Origin: Hyphomicrobiales bacterium
GTDB lineage: Bacteria > Pseudomonadota > Alphaproteobacteria > Rhizobiales > JAJFHR01
DNA: 64,000 nt
Direction of reading: 5' to 3'
Assembly (NCBI GenBank): GCA_021775475.1
Contig: JAJFHS010000053.1
Span: 172,271-236,270, forward strand
A program made the translations under genes and the position numbers. Under the pieces are notes generated by a model, which was not told the origin of the DNA, did no database searches, and saw only the letters and a list, made by a program, of their open reading frames with translations. Position 1 is the first letter of the stretch. Each line of letters opens with the position of its first letter. Positions 28,827 through 38,793 of this stretch are shown in pieces.

Positions 28827-30247
28827 GCACCAATTATATGTAGAAGCTCAAATACATTCATTGATCGTGACACACCCTTCAGTTCAACTTTGCCAATGCA
28901 CTCAAAATCAAACGCCTTACCAACTTCCGTACAAATCCTTTGCGTTACCAGCACCTGACCATCGCTGGCCCGATCACAAAGGCGCGAGGCAACATTAACC
29001 GCTGTTCCTATGGCGGTATAATTCTGATTGTTTTCGGTGCCAACCACCCCCAATGTGGCATATCCGTAGGAAACGCCGATGCCGAACCCAAGATCATACT
29101 CATATTTCTGCCATTCTTCACACAATGCCGTAAGGGTGGTTCTCAGTTTAGAAGCCAGTTTAATCGCCAGATTAGCCGGGTTATCAACCGGGATGGGATC
29201 ATTGAGCACAATCATGACGCCGTCACCGGCGCGCAGTATAATTGTCCCACCGGCATCCGCCGTTGCCCTAGTCGTCTCTGCGTGAAAGGATTCGAGTATC
29301 TGCATCACTTCTTCCGGTTCAGCGCTCTCGGAAAACCCGGTAAAGCGCCGCAAGTCACAAAAAATGGTTGCGATCATTCTGCGGTGACTTGTCAGAATTG
29401 ATTCATCACCCGAAGACAGGATCGTTTCAGCTATGCGGTCGGGTAGAAAACGGGTAAGTTGTGAATGTTTTTCAAGCTCTTCAACCTGCTCTTTGACCTT
29501 TGCTTCCAGGTTTTTATTAATTTCCGAAAGTGTTTCCGACAGTTCCTGAGTTTCGGTCATGAGACGGGCGTTTTCCAGGGCTATAACGGCCTGATTAGCA
29601 AATTGTTCAACCAGTTCAATATGATTGTCTTCAAAGGGCCGAACGGTAGTCCTGTAAATGATGAATGCGCCTTTTAATTCATTACCGGATAGCAAAGGGA
29701 TCGCCATAAAAGTTCTGACGCCGCCCAAATCCACGGCAGCCACTCGCAAAGCATCTCCATCGCTGTACGAAGTACCCGCAGCGGCATCTTCAACATGCAC
29801 TTGCTTTTTTGTCCTCGCGACCGTTCCCAGACCCGTTGTGGGGTCAGGTTTAAAAGCCCCCTGTTGTTCGAGCCAGTCTGTAAAGGAGCTGGTCACGCCA
29901 CGCGTGCGTACAGCACGGTAACCAAGTCCTTCATCATAGAGCATAAACACACAGATTTCAGCATCACAAAGAGCAATTGCACTGGAAACGAGTGCATCAA
30001 ACACATCTTCTAGAACGATCGGCGTGCGACCGATAATTTTCAGTATGTCACCCATGGCTTTGTTAGCCGCAAGTGATTTATCAAGACTGTCATTCTGTTG
30101 GCTGATATCAAATCCCCCTAAAAATTTACTACCATCACTGAACCCTCTCCGACAGAGAGGCTTGAGAAATAAAAGCACAGGAGAGATTTGCCTACAATGC
30201 AAAAACAAACGCCCAGCGCCAAACAACTTGTTCGATATCTTTTGCAC
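28823..30247 (-). CDS. GAF-domain class III adenylate/guanylate cyclase
   Basis: GAF region (LCDAEICVFMLYDEG ... FMAIPLL), a coiled linker, then the cyclase domain (ATIFCDLRRFTGFSE ... GDGVMIVL ... YTAIGTAVNVASRL). The N-terminal about 60 codons are uncertain. Confidence 0.85.
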   Translation of the reverse strand: MQKISNKLFGAGRLFLHCRQISPVLLFLKPLCRRGFSDGSKFLGGFDISQQNDSLDKSLAANKAMGDILKIIGRTPIVLEDVFDALVSSAIALCDAEICVFMLYDEGLGYRAVRTRGVTSSFTDWLEQQGAFKPDPTTGLGTVARTKKQVHVEDAAAGTSYSDGDALRVAAVDLGGVRTFMAIPLLSGNELKGAFIIYRTTVRPFEDNHIELVEQFANQAVIALENARLMTETQELSETLSEINKNLEAKVKEQVEELEKHSQLTRFLPDRIAETILSSGDESILTSHRRMIATIFCDLRRFTGFSESAEPEEVMQILESFHAETTRATADAGGTIILRAGDGVMIVLNDPIPVDNPANLAIKLASKLRTTLTALCEEWQKYEYDLGFGIGVSYGYATLGVVGTENNQNYTAIGTAVNVASRLCDRASDGQVLVTQRICTEVGKAFDFECIGKVELKGVSRSMNVFELLHIIGA

Positions 30248-30317
30248 GGTTGAGTTCCGTCGATTTGTATAGTTATAGTAAGTTTATCACCGCTTCTTTC
30301 CCGGTACTGGATAAACC

Positions 30318-30959
30318 ATGAACTACCTTTTCAAAATAACCTTTTCACTGATCTTTCTGTTAAGCGTTGGATACGCCAACGGACAGGGAACCGAAGCCGG
30401 ATCGTGGGGAGGAAAGGTCCGTGCAGGCCCCGGCATACAGTTTCAGCAGATTGGTAGCCTGCGCAACGGCGATCCGGTTAGATTGTTGGAAGATACGCGT
30501 GTGATGATGAACGGCTACCCCTGGTACCGCATATCTTATCAGGGCGGAAAAATCGGTTACCAATGGGGAGGGATTTTATGCGGATATGACAACCAGATTG
30601 GCGGCCTCTACAAAATTTGTGAAGTTGATAATCGACGCAAAACATCCGCTCAACCACAAGGTTTGCAAGAGCTGCCTTGCTCGGCAGAAAGCCAAACACG
30701 TTCAATATCGGGCAACATACCCACGGAAATTAAATTTCAAGTTATTGGTGAAAACGACGAAACTCAATTCAAGATATACTGGCTCGACTATCAGGGTCGC
30801 CGTAAGTTTTACAAACACATATTTGCCGGAGACACATACCAGCTATCAACTTCCATGACACACCCATGGTTAGTTACGGCACCAATACCGGGGGGTGGTG
30901 AAGACTGTATCGCAATCTATCTGCCTCAAAGAAACAGCCGAACCATTATCCTGCGCTGA
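30318..30959 (+). CDS. exported SH3b-like + VHL-beta-like domain protein (hypothetical)
   Basis: Signal peptide. SH3b-like GGKVRAGPGIQFQQIGSLRNGDPVRLLE. The C-terminal segment IKFQVIGENDETQFKIYWLDYQGRRKFYKHIFAGDTYQLSTSMTHPWLV resembles the pVHL beta-domain pattern (F.N...V..WL...G...Y..L.PG......H.WLF). Confidence 0.4.
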   Translation: MNYLFKITFSLIFLLSVGYANGQGTEAGSWGGKVRAGPGIQFQQIGSLRNGDPVRLLEDTRVMMNGYPWYRISYQGGKIGYQWGGILCGYDNQIGGLYKICEVDNRRKTSAQPQGLQELPCSAESQTRSISGNIPTEIKFQVIGENDETQFKIYWLDYQGRRKFYKHIFAGDTYQLSTSMTHPWLVTAPIPGGGEDCIAIYLPQRNSRTIILR

Positions 30960-30984
30960 GGCGAACCGACATTGACGCCAACCT

Positions 30985-31090
30985 TTAGCGTTCAAACAAT
31001 AAATGGATTGCTGTGACTTCTATCAAATCATCATGATCGCCATATTCAAAATCCGCAGGGTCGGTGGCCTTCAAAAAGGTCACGGTCTGC
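30985..31090 (-). pseudogene. remnant of an MBL-fold hydrolase gene (C-terminal fragment)
   Basis: Own translation gives TVTFLKATDPADFEYGDHDDLIEVTAIHLLFER*. This parallels GDVIFKGSIGRTDFEYGDHDALIAAIKTHLLP of the intact gene at 33250..33903. It contains a 25-nt stretch (31031-31055) identical to 33374-33398 and overlaps the lysR-family 3' end in another frame. Confidence 0.6.
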
Positions 31091-31936
31091 TATGATAGCC
31101 TTAGTAATAAAATCGGCAAAAATTCGCACCCGCGCCATACGCCTCGCATCTGGATGGGTAAGCACCCAGATGTCCGGGGCAATTTTGGATATGGGCTCAT
31201 CGACTATTCGCCTGATTGATGGATCGGGATCAGCCATATAAACCGGTAAAATCGCCACTCCCATACCGGCGCGAACCATAGCTTGCATAGTCTGCAAATC
31301 ATCAACCCGATGCCTGATAACCGCTCCAGGATACGGATTTGTAATGAACTTTCGATTGTAAGCGTCATCCTGCCAGCCAATCCATTCGCGCGCCGATAAG
31401 CCGTCATTTTTTTCGTCGATTCTGGCTTGTGAGCGTGCATCATAAACCGCCATTGCCGCCTTCACCACCCGTCGACCGGTGAGGGTATCAGGTGGCGTAT
31501 TTGTAACGCGGATTGCAACATCAGCTTCGCGCCGACTTAAGCTTAAATGTTGAAAGGTACACACAATGCTCAAATCAATATCAGGATGCTCCTTGAGAAA
31601 ACCGGCCAGGTGTGGAGCCAGGTAAAGATTGGCCATAACCTCGGTACAGGTGACACGCAATTTGCCGCTCAATCGCCAGTCCCGGCCAAATATTTTTCGA
31701 TCTATGCTGTTGAGTTCATCTTCCACATGCCGGGCCGTTTCAAGGATATCGGCACCAGCTGCAGAAAGCTCAAAACCGGCCATCGTGCGATCAAAAAGCC
31801 TGACGCCAAATTGTTTCTCCATGCTCGCTAACCGGCGAGATACAGTGGGTTGGCTGACATTCAACCGCCGTGCAGCCCCCGACAGTGAATTTTTCCGGGC
31901 AATTGCGAGAAAAAACCTCATGTCATCCCAATTCAT
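31046..31936 (-). CDS. LysR family transcriptional regulator
   Basis: HTH MNWDDMRFFLAIARKNSLSGAARRLNVSQPTVSRRL. Start moved to ATG 31936, which has a GGGAGG SD. Divergent from the FAD oxidase gene. Confidence 0.9.
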   Translation of the reverse strand: MNWDDMRFFLAIARKNSLSGAARRLNVSQPTVSRRLASMEKQFGVRLFDRTMAGFELSAAGADILETARHVEDELNSIDRKIFGRDWRLSGKLRVTCTEVMANLYLAPHLAGFLKEHPDIDLSIVCTFQHLSLSRREADVAIRVTNTPPDTLTGRRVVKAAMAVYDARSQARIDEKNDGLSAREWIGWQDDAYNRKFITNPYPGAVIRHRVDDLQTMQAMVRAGMGVAILPVYMADPDPSIRRIVDEPISKIAPDIWVLTHPDARRMARVRIFADFITKAIIADRDLFEGHRPCGF

Positions 31937-32066
31937 AGTTGCCAACGCCTCCCTAAACAAATTTGAATAGTCAATATACAAATTAGATCATTTAACTACA
32001 TAAATTTATAGCCTAATATTTCAACTCCTGAAACTCATAGCGCTAATCGAGCACGGAGTTGCTGCA

Positions 32067-33215
32067 ATGAAATCATATGATGTAATTGTTATTGGGCTTG
32101 GCGCCATGGGTAGTTCAGCGGCCTATCACTGTGCAAAACGCGGGGTAAGTGTTCTGGGGCTTGACGCAAACCACCCGCATCACACGCTGGGCTCATCGCA
32201 CGGCGCAACACGGGCAATTCGCGAAACATATTTTGAAAGCCCCGAATATGTACCTTTGTGCCAACGCTCCTATGAACTGTGGCGACAGTTGGAAGTGGAT
32301 TGCGGAAAATCACTTCTCTCGACCCAGGGCGCTGTCTATGTTGCGCCTGAAAATCACCCTTTGCTGAAAGGCGTACGTTTGGCTGCGGACTTACACGGTT
32401 TAAGTATCGACTGCCTTTCGAGCGATGAAATGGCGTCACGATTTTCCGGCTTTGCATTACCCGAAGATTGGGCGGGCATTTATGAAGCAAATGGTGGCGT
32501 TTTGCAGGCCGAAAAATGTCTGCAAGCCCAGATAGATCTGGCAAACGCCCATGGTGCCGAAATCCGCTATGATTGTGCCGTAAAGTCTTGGCGGAAAAAC
32601 GACGCAGAAAATGTAGTCGTTGCAACAACGGCTGGTGAGTTTGAAGCAAATTCAGCAATCCTAACATTAGGGCCCTGGGCGTGTAATGCATTGCAGGAAC
32701 TCAAGCTCCCGATCTCTGGACGGCGTATCCCGATAATCCATTTTGAGCCGATTGACCCTGCCCGTTATGATCCGGCCACTATGTCGGTCTATTTTTGGGC
32801 AACCCCGGAAGGGGTATATGCCGGGTTCCCCGATTTCCGCGATGAAGGGGTGAAAATCATGCGTCATGATGTCGGAGACACCTGCACTCCTGAAACAGCA
32901 AGACGTAATGTTTCGGAGGCGGATATCAGGGAAATATCAAATTTCACTGATAAATACATGCCCTATGCCAATCGCAGAGTTCGAAAATCGTTAATCGGTC
33001 TTTATACCATGACACCTGACAATCATTTTATTATTGATCACCACCCTGGATTTCGCAGCGTTGCCTATGCCACCGGCTTCAGCGGCCATGGATTTAAATT
33101 TGCTCCAGTGGTGGGAGAGATACTTGCCGACATGGTTTTGGACGGCTCAACCCGTCACCCGACAGCTTTTCTCAAAGCATCCAGATTTTCCAAATCTGCC
33201 CTCAGGCCAGCTTGA
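32067..33215 (+). CDS. FAD-dependent amine oxidase (monomeric sarcosine oxidase / N-methyltryptophan oxidase type)
   Basis: Dinucleotide fold YDVIVIGLGAMGSSAAYHCAKRG. DAO-family architecture. 382 aa. Confidence 0.8.
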   Translation: MKSYDVIVIGLGAMGSSAAYHCAKRGVSVLGLDANHPHHTLGSSHGATRAIRETYFESPEYVPLCQRSYELWRQLEVDCGKSLLSTQGAVYVAPENHPLLKGVRLAADLHGLSIDCLSSDEMASRFSGFALPEDWAGIYEANGGVLQAEKCLQAQIDLANAHGAEIRYDCAVKSWRKNDAENVVVATTAGEFEANSAILTLGPWACNALQELKLPISGRRIPIIHFEPIDPARYDPATMSVYFWATPEGVYAGFPDFRDEGVKIMRHDVGDTCTPETARRNVSEADIREISNFTDKYMPYANRRVRKSLIGLYTMTPDNHFIIDHHPGFRSVAYATGFSGHGFKFAPVVGEILADMVLDGSTRHPTAFLKASRFSKSALRPA

Positions 33216-33249
33216 GGATAAAAACTCCTTAGAGAGCAATCTCGTCCCC

Positions 33250-33903
33250 TCAAGCAATAAACGGATTACTGTGGCGTTCTTCGCCGATGGTGGAGACGGG
33301 GCCGTGGCCGCAGATGAAGGTTATGTCGTCGTTGAGCGGTAACAGGTGGGTTTTGATCGCTGCTATCAGGGCGTCATGATCGCCATATTCAAAATCCGTG
33401 CGACCGATGGAACCTTTGAATATTACATCACCGACGAGGGCGAGTTTTACGTTTGAGTTGATGTAGACCAGTGAGCCCGGTGAATGTCCCGGGCAGTGGC
33501 GAATGTCGAAATCGAGCCCGACTATGTTGAGGACGCCGCCGTCTTCCAGCCACAGGTCAGGCGTGACATTGCGCGCGTCGCTCATGCCATATTGCGCGCC
33601 CGAGTTAGCTAGATCGTCCAGTAAAAACTTATCGTCAATATGCGGGCCTTCAATCGGTACGCTGTCGCCCTTTTCCTCCAATGCCTGCTTCAGTTCAGCC
33701 GCCCCGCCGGCATGGTCAATATGGCCATGGGTGAGGATAATTTTGCCAACTTTAAGCTCTTGTTGCATCACCACATTGAGGATCTGGTTGACGTCTCCCC
33801 CGGGGTCAATCACCGCTGCGTTTTTTGTATCTTCATCCCACAAAAGGGTGCAGTTTTGTTGTAGTGGGGTTATTGGCAATATTGCCACGCTGAGAGAGAC
33901 CAT
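33250..33903 (-). CDS. MBL-fold metallo-hydrolase (glyoxalase II-like)
   Basis: THGHIDHAGG metal motif. CPGHSPGS. 217 aa. Confidence 0.88.
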   Translation of the reverse strand: MVSLSVAILPITPLQQNCTLLWDEDTKNAAVIDPGGDVNQILNVVMQQELKVGKIILTHGHIDHAGGAAELKQALEEKGDSVPIEGPHIDDKFLLDDLANSGAQYGMSDARNVTPDLWLEDGGVLNIVGLDFDIRHCPGHSPGSLVYINSNVKLALVGDVIFKGSIGRTDFEYGDHDALIAAIKTHLLPLNDDITFICGHGPVSTIGEERHSNPFIA

Positions 33904-33920
33904 AGGTAAAAAGTCCTGAT

Positions 33921-34895
33921 TTAAACGATGCGATTTATTAAAGTATCATTGCCTTGCGCCAAACGGTTGAGATTTTCCAGCAACTGGTCAACAATGTTTT
34001 TTTCATACGCCCGGGTTTCCCCGCCGGTGTGACTGGTAATAATGACATTTTCAAAGCCCCACAGCGGTGATTCTTGTGGCAACGGCTCAACCTCAAAGGT
34101 ATCAATCCCCGCCCCGGCCAGCCTTTTTTCCTCCAGCGCCACAACCATCGCGGCTTGGTCAACACACCGGCCACGGGCAACATTGATAAGATAAGCGCTC
34201 GGCTTCATTGCGTTAAAGGCAGCGGCATCAATCAGATTGGTGGTCTCTGGCGTTAACGGACAGGTCAAAACCACAACATCGGCGCGCGGCATATGTTGAT
34301 GCAATTCAGATGTGGGATAAATTTCATCAACGAGGTTTTCAAAGCCATTTGTATTACGTTTGATGCCAATGGTTTTCATGCCAAACGCCCGGGCAAGCTG
34401 CGCCGTGCGACCGCCAATATATCCCAGACCGACAATCAGCATGGTTTTACCGGGCAATTCGTCTTCGCGCATCGACATGGCTTTTCCCATACCGCGCCAA
34501 TATTTTTTGTTTTGATCATCACGGGCAATATGAATGCGCCGTGTCAGCCCCAAAAGCAGGGAAAACGCATGTTCACTGACTGCATTTGAATTAACCCCGC
34601 CAGCATTGCACAGAACAATCGAGCGCGCTTTTAATCCTGACGTGTCAAAATAATCATACCCCGCCGAAATCGCCTGGATGTATCTCAGCTTGTTATCGTG
34701 CTCAAGCCAGCTGTTTTTCCAGAACCCGGACAACACCAGCACGTCCGCTTCACTCATGCGCGCCACGGTATCTTCTCGGCTAAAGGTCTGGAAATGCCGG
34801 ATACCGGTATCTCTACTGGCAAACTCATCAATGAAATCATACGCTGAATGGGCAAATTGTATGGTGAGGTCTTCTGGTTGAGGAAATTTCTGCAT
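33921..34895 (-). CDS. D-2-hydroxyacid dehydrogenase family (NAD-binding)
   Basis: GLGYIGGRTAQLARAFGMK Rossmann motif. NVARGRCVD. HTGGET catalytic region. Confidence 0.88.
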   Translation of the reverse strand: MQKFPQPEDLTIQFAHSAYDFIDEFASRDTGIRHFQTFSREDTVARMSEADVLVLSGFWKNSWLEHDNKLRYIQAISAGYDYFDTSGLKARSIVLCNAGGVNSNAVSEHAFSLLLGLTRRIHIARDDQNKKYWRGMGKAMSMREDELPGKTMLIVGLGYIGGRTAQLARAFGMKTIGIKRNTNGFENLVDEIYPTSELHQHMPRADVVVLTCPLTPETTNLIDAAAFNAMKPSAYLINVARGRCVDQAAMVVALEEKRLAGAGIDTFEVEPLPQESPLWGFENVIITSHTGGETRAYEKNIVDQLLENLNRLAQGNDTLINRIV

Positions 34896-35049
34896 GCGGT
34901 ATTTGTAACGATGTTTTGTTATGGCTGCAATCTAATCGCACCGGTTTCCCCCGCCTTGTGGTTGTCGATGCGCGAAGGGGAATGTTTTTCTTCACCCTCG
35001 GTAAATTCTGATATAATAAACCTGTGATCAGACACGAAAGGCGTAAAAG

Positions 35050-35955
35050 TTGAGATACAGAATATCCCGTAAAGTCAACCTTATCCTGGCTAAATTCTTC
35101 AAGGTACCCCGAAAACGCGCACAACTCATTGCCAAGGGCGTCAATTACGCACTCCAGCCCTTTGCCTACCGCCCGCGCAAGGAAATGGCGCAAGAACTGA
35201 AGACGACACCAAAATCCCCCCTGCACATTGACGCCAATACGGCATTCTGCATCACTGATTTTGCGAAAATTCCTGAAGTCACCCCGGCCATAGAGCGGGC
35301 AAGGCAGGTTTATGACGAAGCGCGCGCGCAGGAAAGCCTGAAAAAATCCAAAGGTGGCAAATCCAAAAAAGATTTTCTGGTCTACGCCAGCCAGTCACAT
35401 CAATCCGCCCAGTATGACGAATTGATGAAGCTCGCCCTTGCCCGCCCCGTCCTTGATGCGGTGGCGAGTTATCTCGGCACCATGCCCATTCTCAATTGCC
35501 TGCATATTATGGTCTCTGAGCCCAATGACTCAGCCGTTGACAGCCAGCTCTATCATCTTGATTTCGCCGATGTGCACCAGGTTAAAATGTTTGTCGCCCT
35601 GGAAGATGTGACTGATGACCACGGCCCGTTCACCTTCCTGTCCAATGACAAGACCCTCGAACTTATCGACAGGATTGGATACGACAGGGGACGGTTGACG
35701 ATTGAGGAAGTGGAAACAGCCGTTGGGGCTGAAGCACAGATTTCACTGACCTGCAAACGCGGCGAAGGCGTTTTGCTTGATACGTCAAAATGCATGCATT
35801 ACGGCTCAAAAGGCAACAAATATCCCCGCCTGATGCTAATGATCCAATATACCGATTACTATGTTCCCGAAGCCCCGCCTACGCGCTGGCCGATTGAGGA
35901 GCTAAAACAGAAACACGCCCTTGATCCGGTTCAGGTTATGGCTTTGGGAGGGTGA
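35050..35955 (+). CDS. hypothetical protein, possibly PhyH-like Fe(II)/2OG dioxygenase
   Basis: Candidate HxD...H facial triad (YHLDFAD ... CMHYGS). TTG start. Weak assignment. Confidence 0.35.
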   Translation: MRYRISRKVNLILAKFFKVPRKRAQLIAKGVNYALQPFAYRPRKEMAQELKTTPKSPLHIDANTAFCITDFAKIPEVTPAIERARQVYDEARAQESLKKSKGGKSKKDFLVYASQSHQSAQYDELMKLALARPVLDAVASYLGTMPILNCLHIMVSEPNDSAVDSQLYHLDFADVHQVKMFVALEDVTDDHGPFTFLSNDKTLELIDRIGYDRGRLTIEEVETAVGAEAQISLTCKRGEGVLLDTSKCMHYGSKGNKYPRLMLMIQYTDYYVPEAPPTRWPIEELKQKHALDPVQVMALGG

Positions 35956-35968
35956 TTTTTCTCAAGCC

Positions 35969-37918
35969 TTATCTCAAAATTGCTTTTAGCGACGGATAAA
36001 TCATACCTGCGATAATGCCTTCACCGCAAAGGCTGAAATGATCGCCATTGAGGTAGGTGATACAGTCACCGACTTTGAGGAAATCTTTTTTAAGAGCAAG
36101 TTCGTCGACCAGTGACAGATAGCGAAATGCCCCCTGTTCAACCGATGGCTTTATTTTACCGGCAAGAAATTTCTCCAGGTCATCGAAAATTCTGATGCTC
36201 TTTTCGTTGAGCTTGAGATTTTTCAAAAGCCCCTCATAGTCATTGAAATCTATTCGCGCTTCAACAAAAGGTCCGAGCCAGACGACGTCCGCAAACTTTG
36301 AAATACGTTTTAGATATGCAATAACCAGATCAATATTGCGGTCATCGAAACTGTATTTCGCACCGGCATTAAACACTTTTTCTGTGTCTACATTGCCCTC
36401 ACCGTCTTTGATGAAATACGATCCGGATTGATGGAACAGAACCGTTTTTACCTTGTCGGAATTTTGTTCTAAAAATCTATCGAAGCCATCATATTGACAT
36501 TTCTTTTTATTCCTGTGTGGTCGGCATCCGCCTTGAACCACCCCGAAAACAAACGGATATACATCCGATTTTGCCACGATATTATACAGATTCATGCCAT
36601 GGCTGTCACCCAGCACAATGACGGCTTTTCCAAATTTTTTCGCGCATTTTTCAAACCGCGACACTGCTTCTTTGGTAACAACCAGATCGGAGAATTTGCA
36701 TTTGCCATCATCAACCATGTGGTCGTACAGATTAATCTGGGTGCTCTTGTCGACCAGCCTGATAATTTTCGCCTCTGCCACAGTCAATCGATTGTTTAAA
36801 TAGTTTTCTTTAAAACCATCGGTTGCATATCCCAGAAATCCAGCCCCAACCAACAGGGTTGTAAAACCTGCGGCAGACTTGAAAACAACCGCGCGCGAAA
36901 TCGACCGGCTGTGTTTTGTGTGGCGGAAAGGCAGCTCAACAAAGCGCCAGCTGAAATAGGCCAGCACCAACGATGTTGCTGAAAGAAACAACATTATTCC
37001 ATCGTTGAGAAATTCACCGTAGCCGATGCGGGCAAAGGCAAAAATCGGCTGATGCCACAGATAAGCACTGTAACTGACCAAACCCAGCCCCACCAGAACC
37101 CGCTGCGCCAGCAAATTGCCAACAAGGGTGCCTTTCAAGCCATAAAGGATGATGAGTGACGTTCCCAAAACCGGTGCTACGGCATAAAGCGAAGGAAACG
37201 GCGTGCTTTCATCATAGAAAAATATGGCAGCAACAATAAGTGCAAGACCCGCAAAAGACAGCCATTGATTGGGTTTGAGTTCCCTCTTAAAGGCGATAAA
37301 CGCACAGATTGAACCAAACAAAAGCTCCCACACTCGTGTTGGTGCGAGAAAAAAGTCGGCAGTTGGAAAATCTCGTGCACCCCATTCACTCAAAGCAAGA
37401 CTGGCAACCGCAATGGTCAAAAGGGTGTACAACATCGGTTTAAAACCAAATCGCCACAGCACAATCAAAAGCAGAGGAAAGAACAGATAATACTGCTCTT
37501 CAACCGCCAGGCTCCAGGTGTGAAGTAGCGGTTTTTCTTCAGCGGCTGCGCCAAAATAGTTGCTTTCTTGCCAAAACAAAAAATTTGATGAAAACAGGTT
37601 TGTGGCGATAATGCTTTTGGCAAAAGCCTTGAGCTGCGGCGGTATCATCAGGGCCCAGGCAAAGGGCAACGATACCAGCATGACAAAAGTCAGCGCTGGT
37701 AAAATTCGCCGTGCGCGGCGCTCATAAAACCGTACAAGGGAGAATTTACCCTTGTCCAGATCATCCATTATGATCGAGGTAATAAGATAACCACTGATGA
37801 CAAAAAAGACGTCAACGCCGACATAACCGCCGTTAAACAGGGAAAAACCCGCATGAAAGAAAATTACCGGAACAACGGCAACAGCTCGCAATCCATCTAT
37901 TTCAGCACGATATCGCAA
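35969..37918 (-). CDS. acyltransferase family 3 protein with C-terminal SGNH-like domain (OafA-type O-acetyltransferase)
   Basis: MRYRAEIDGLRAVAVVPVIFFHAGF signature N-terminus. About 10 TM segments. Soluble C-terminal domain (VLGDSHG). Confidence 0.88.
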   Translation of the reverse strand: MRYRAEIDGLRAVAVVPVIFFHAGFSLFNGGYVGVDVFFVISGYLITSIIMDDLDKGKFSLVRFYERRARRILPALTFVMLVSLPFAWALMIPPQLKAFAKSIIATNLFSSNFLFWQESNYFGAAAEEKPLLHTWSLAVEEQYYLFFPLLLIVLWRFGFKPMLYTLLTIAVASLALSEWGARDFPTADFFLAPTRVWELLFGSICAFIAFKRELKPNQWLSFAGLALIVAAIFFYDESTPFPSLYAVAPVLGTSLIILYGLKGTLVGNLLAQRVLVGLGLVSYSAYLWHQPIFAFARIGYGEFLNDGIMLFLSATSLVLAYFSWRFVELPFRHTKHSRSISRAVVFKSAAGFTTLLVGAGFLGYATDGFKENYLNNRLTVAEAKIIRLVDKSTQINLYDHMVDDGKCKFSDLVVTKEAVSRFEKCAKKFGKAVIVLGDSHGMNLYNIVAKSDVYPFVFGVVQGGCRPHRNKKKCQYDGFDRFLEQNSDKVKTVLFHQSGSYFIKDGEGNVDTEKVFNAGAKYSFDDRNIDLVIAYLKRISKFADVVWLGPFVEARIDFNDYEGLLKNLKLNEKSIRIFDDLEKFLAGKIKPSVEQGAFRYLSLVDELALKKDFLKVGDCITYLNGDHFSLCGEGIIAGMIYPSLKAILR

Positions 37919-37944
37919 GTCATTACCTTTAGATTTTGGGGTGT

Positions 37945-38793
37945 TCAGTCAATCAGATAGAGATAATATTGCTCTGCTTTTTGACCGCTCGACGGTAAAA
38001 TTACCGAGCGCACAAGGTTTTCGAATTTTCGCCCGCCCAGTCGCCACGCCGCCGTCATTAAAAAGGCCGCGAGGAAGGATGGTCGCTGCACGCTGGTATC
38101 CTGGGGTGATTTTCCTGATTTTTGTATTTCCAGAACATTCTTCTCAAACCAAATATTCCATTTTGAGTTGACCAGAATTTCACGAAAGCGTTCGGGACGT
38201 TTAAAGCCCGGAATATTCCAGTTGCGCGGCTTGCCCTTTTTGTAGGCCATGGCAAAAATCCCAACTTTATACCTGGAGCGCAGGGCTTTCAAAAAGTCGT
38301 TGGCATAATCATCCCATCCCATTTTGTTGACCAGTTCCTGATCAAACAGTGCACCGGCATGGTGTATCAGATTTTGACAGATGATCACGTCGCCGTCGGG
38401 AATTTGATCCAGCGTCTCCAGCGAAACACTGTATTCCTTGAACTTGGCCTTTTCCTGCAACCCCATTGCCTTGGCAGCCTCAGTACCAAAATTCAAAATG
38501 TCCGGCACCACATCATAGACGATAACCTCTTCAACCAGGCCTTCATCGAGCAGGGATAAAGAGAAGTATCCGCAATTGCCGCCAATATCGACCAGGCGTT
38601 TAAGCGGCTGGTGACTTTTAAGAAAATCACGCACCAGTTCATAGCGCGCCTCAATGCCAAAACTGTCGATCCCGTGTTGATCTATATTCAGGTCTTTGGC
38701 CAGCCGCTCAGGGTAGCGAATATAATCACCATGTTTACGCGCCTCAACAAACGACTGCTTTAGCTGATCAATATTTTCAATTTCCATATTCAT
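37945..38793 (-). CDS. class I SAM-dependent methyltransferase
   Basis: Motif I VDIGGNCGYFSLSL. The start ATG 38793 forms an ATGA overlap with the stop of the upstream kinase-like gene. Confidence 0.75.
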   Translation of the reverse strand: MNMEIENIDQLKQSFVEARKHGDYIRYPERLAKDLNIDQHGIDSFGIEARYELVRDFLKSHQPLKRLVDIGGNCGYFSLSLLDEGLVEEVIVYDVVPDILNFGTEAAKAMGLQEKAKFKEYSVSLETLDQIPDGDVIICQNLIHHAGALFDQELVNKMGWDDYANDFLKALRSRYKVGIFAMAYKKGKPRNWNIPGFKRPERFREILVNSKWNIWFEKNVLEIQKSGKSPQDTSVQRPSFLAAFLMTAAWRLGGRKFENLVRSVILPSSGQKAEQYYLYLID

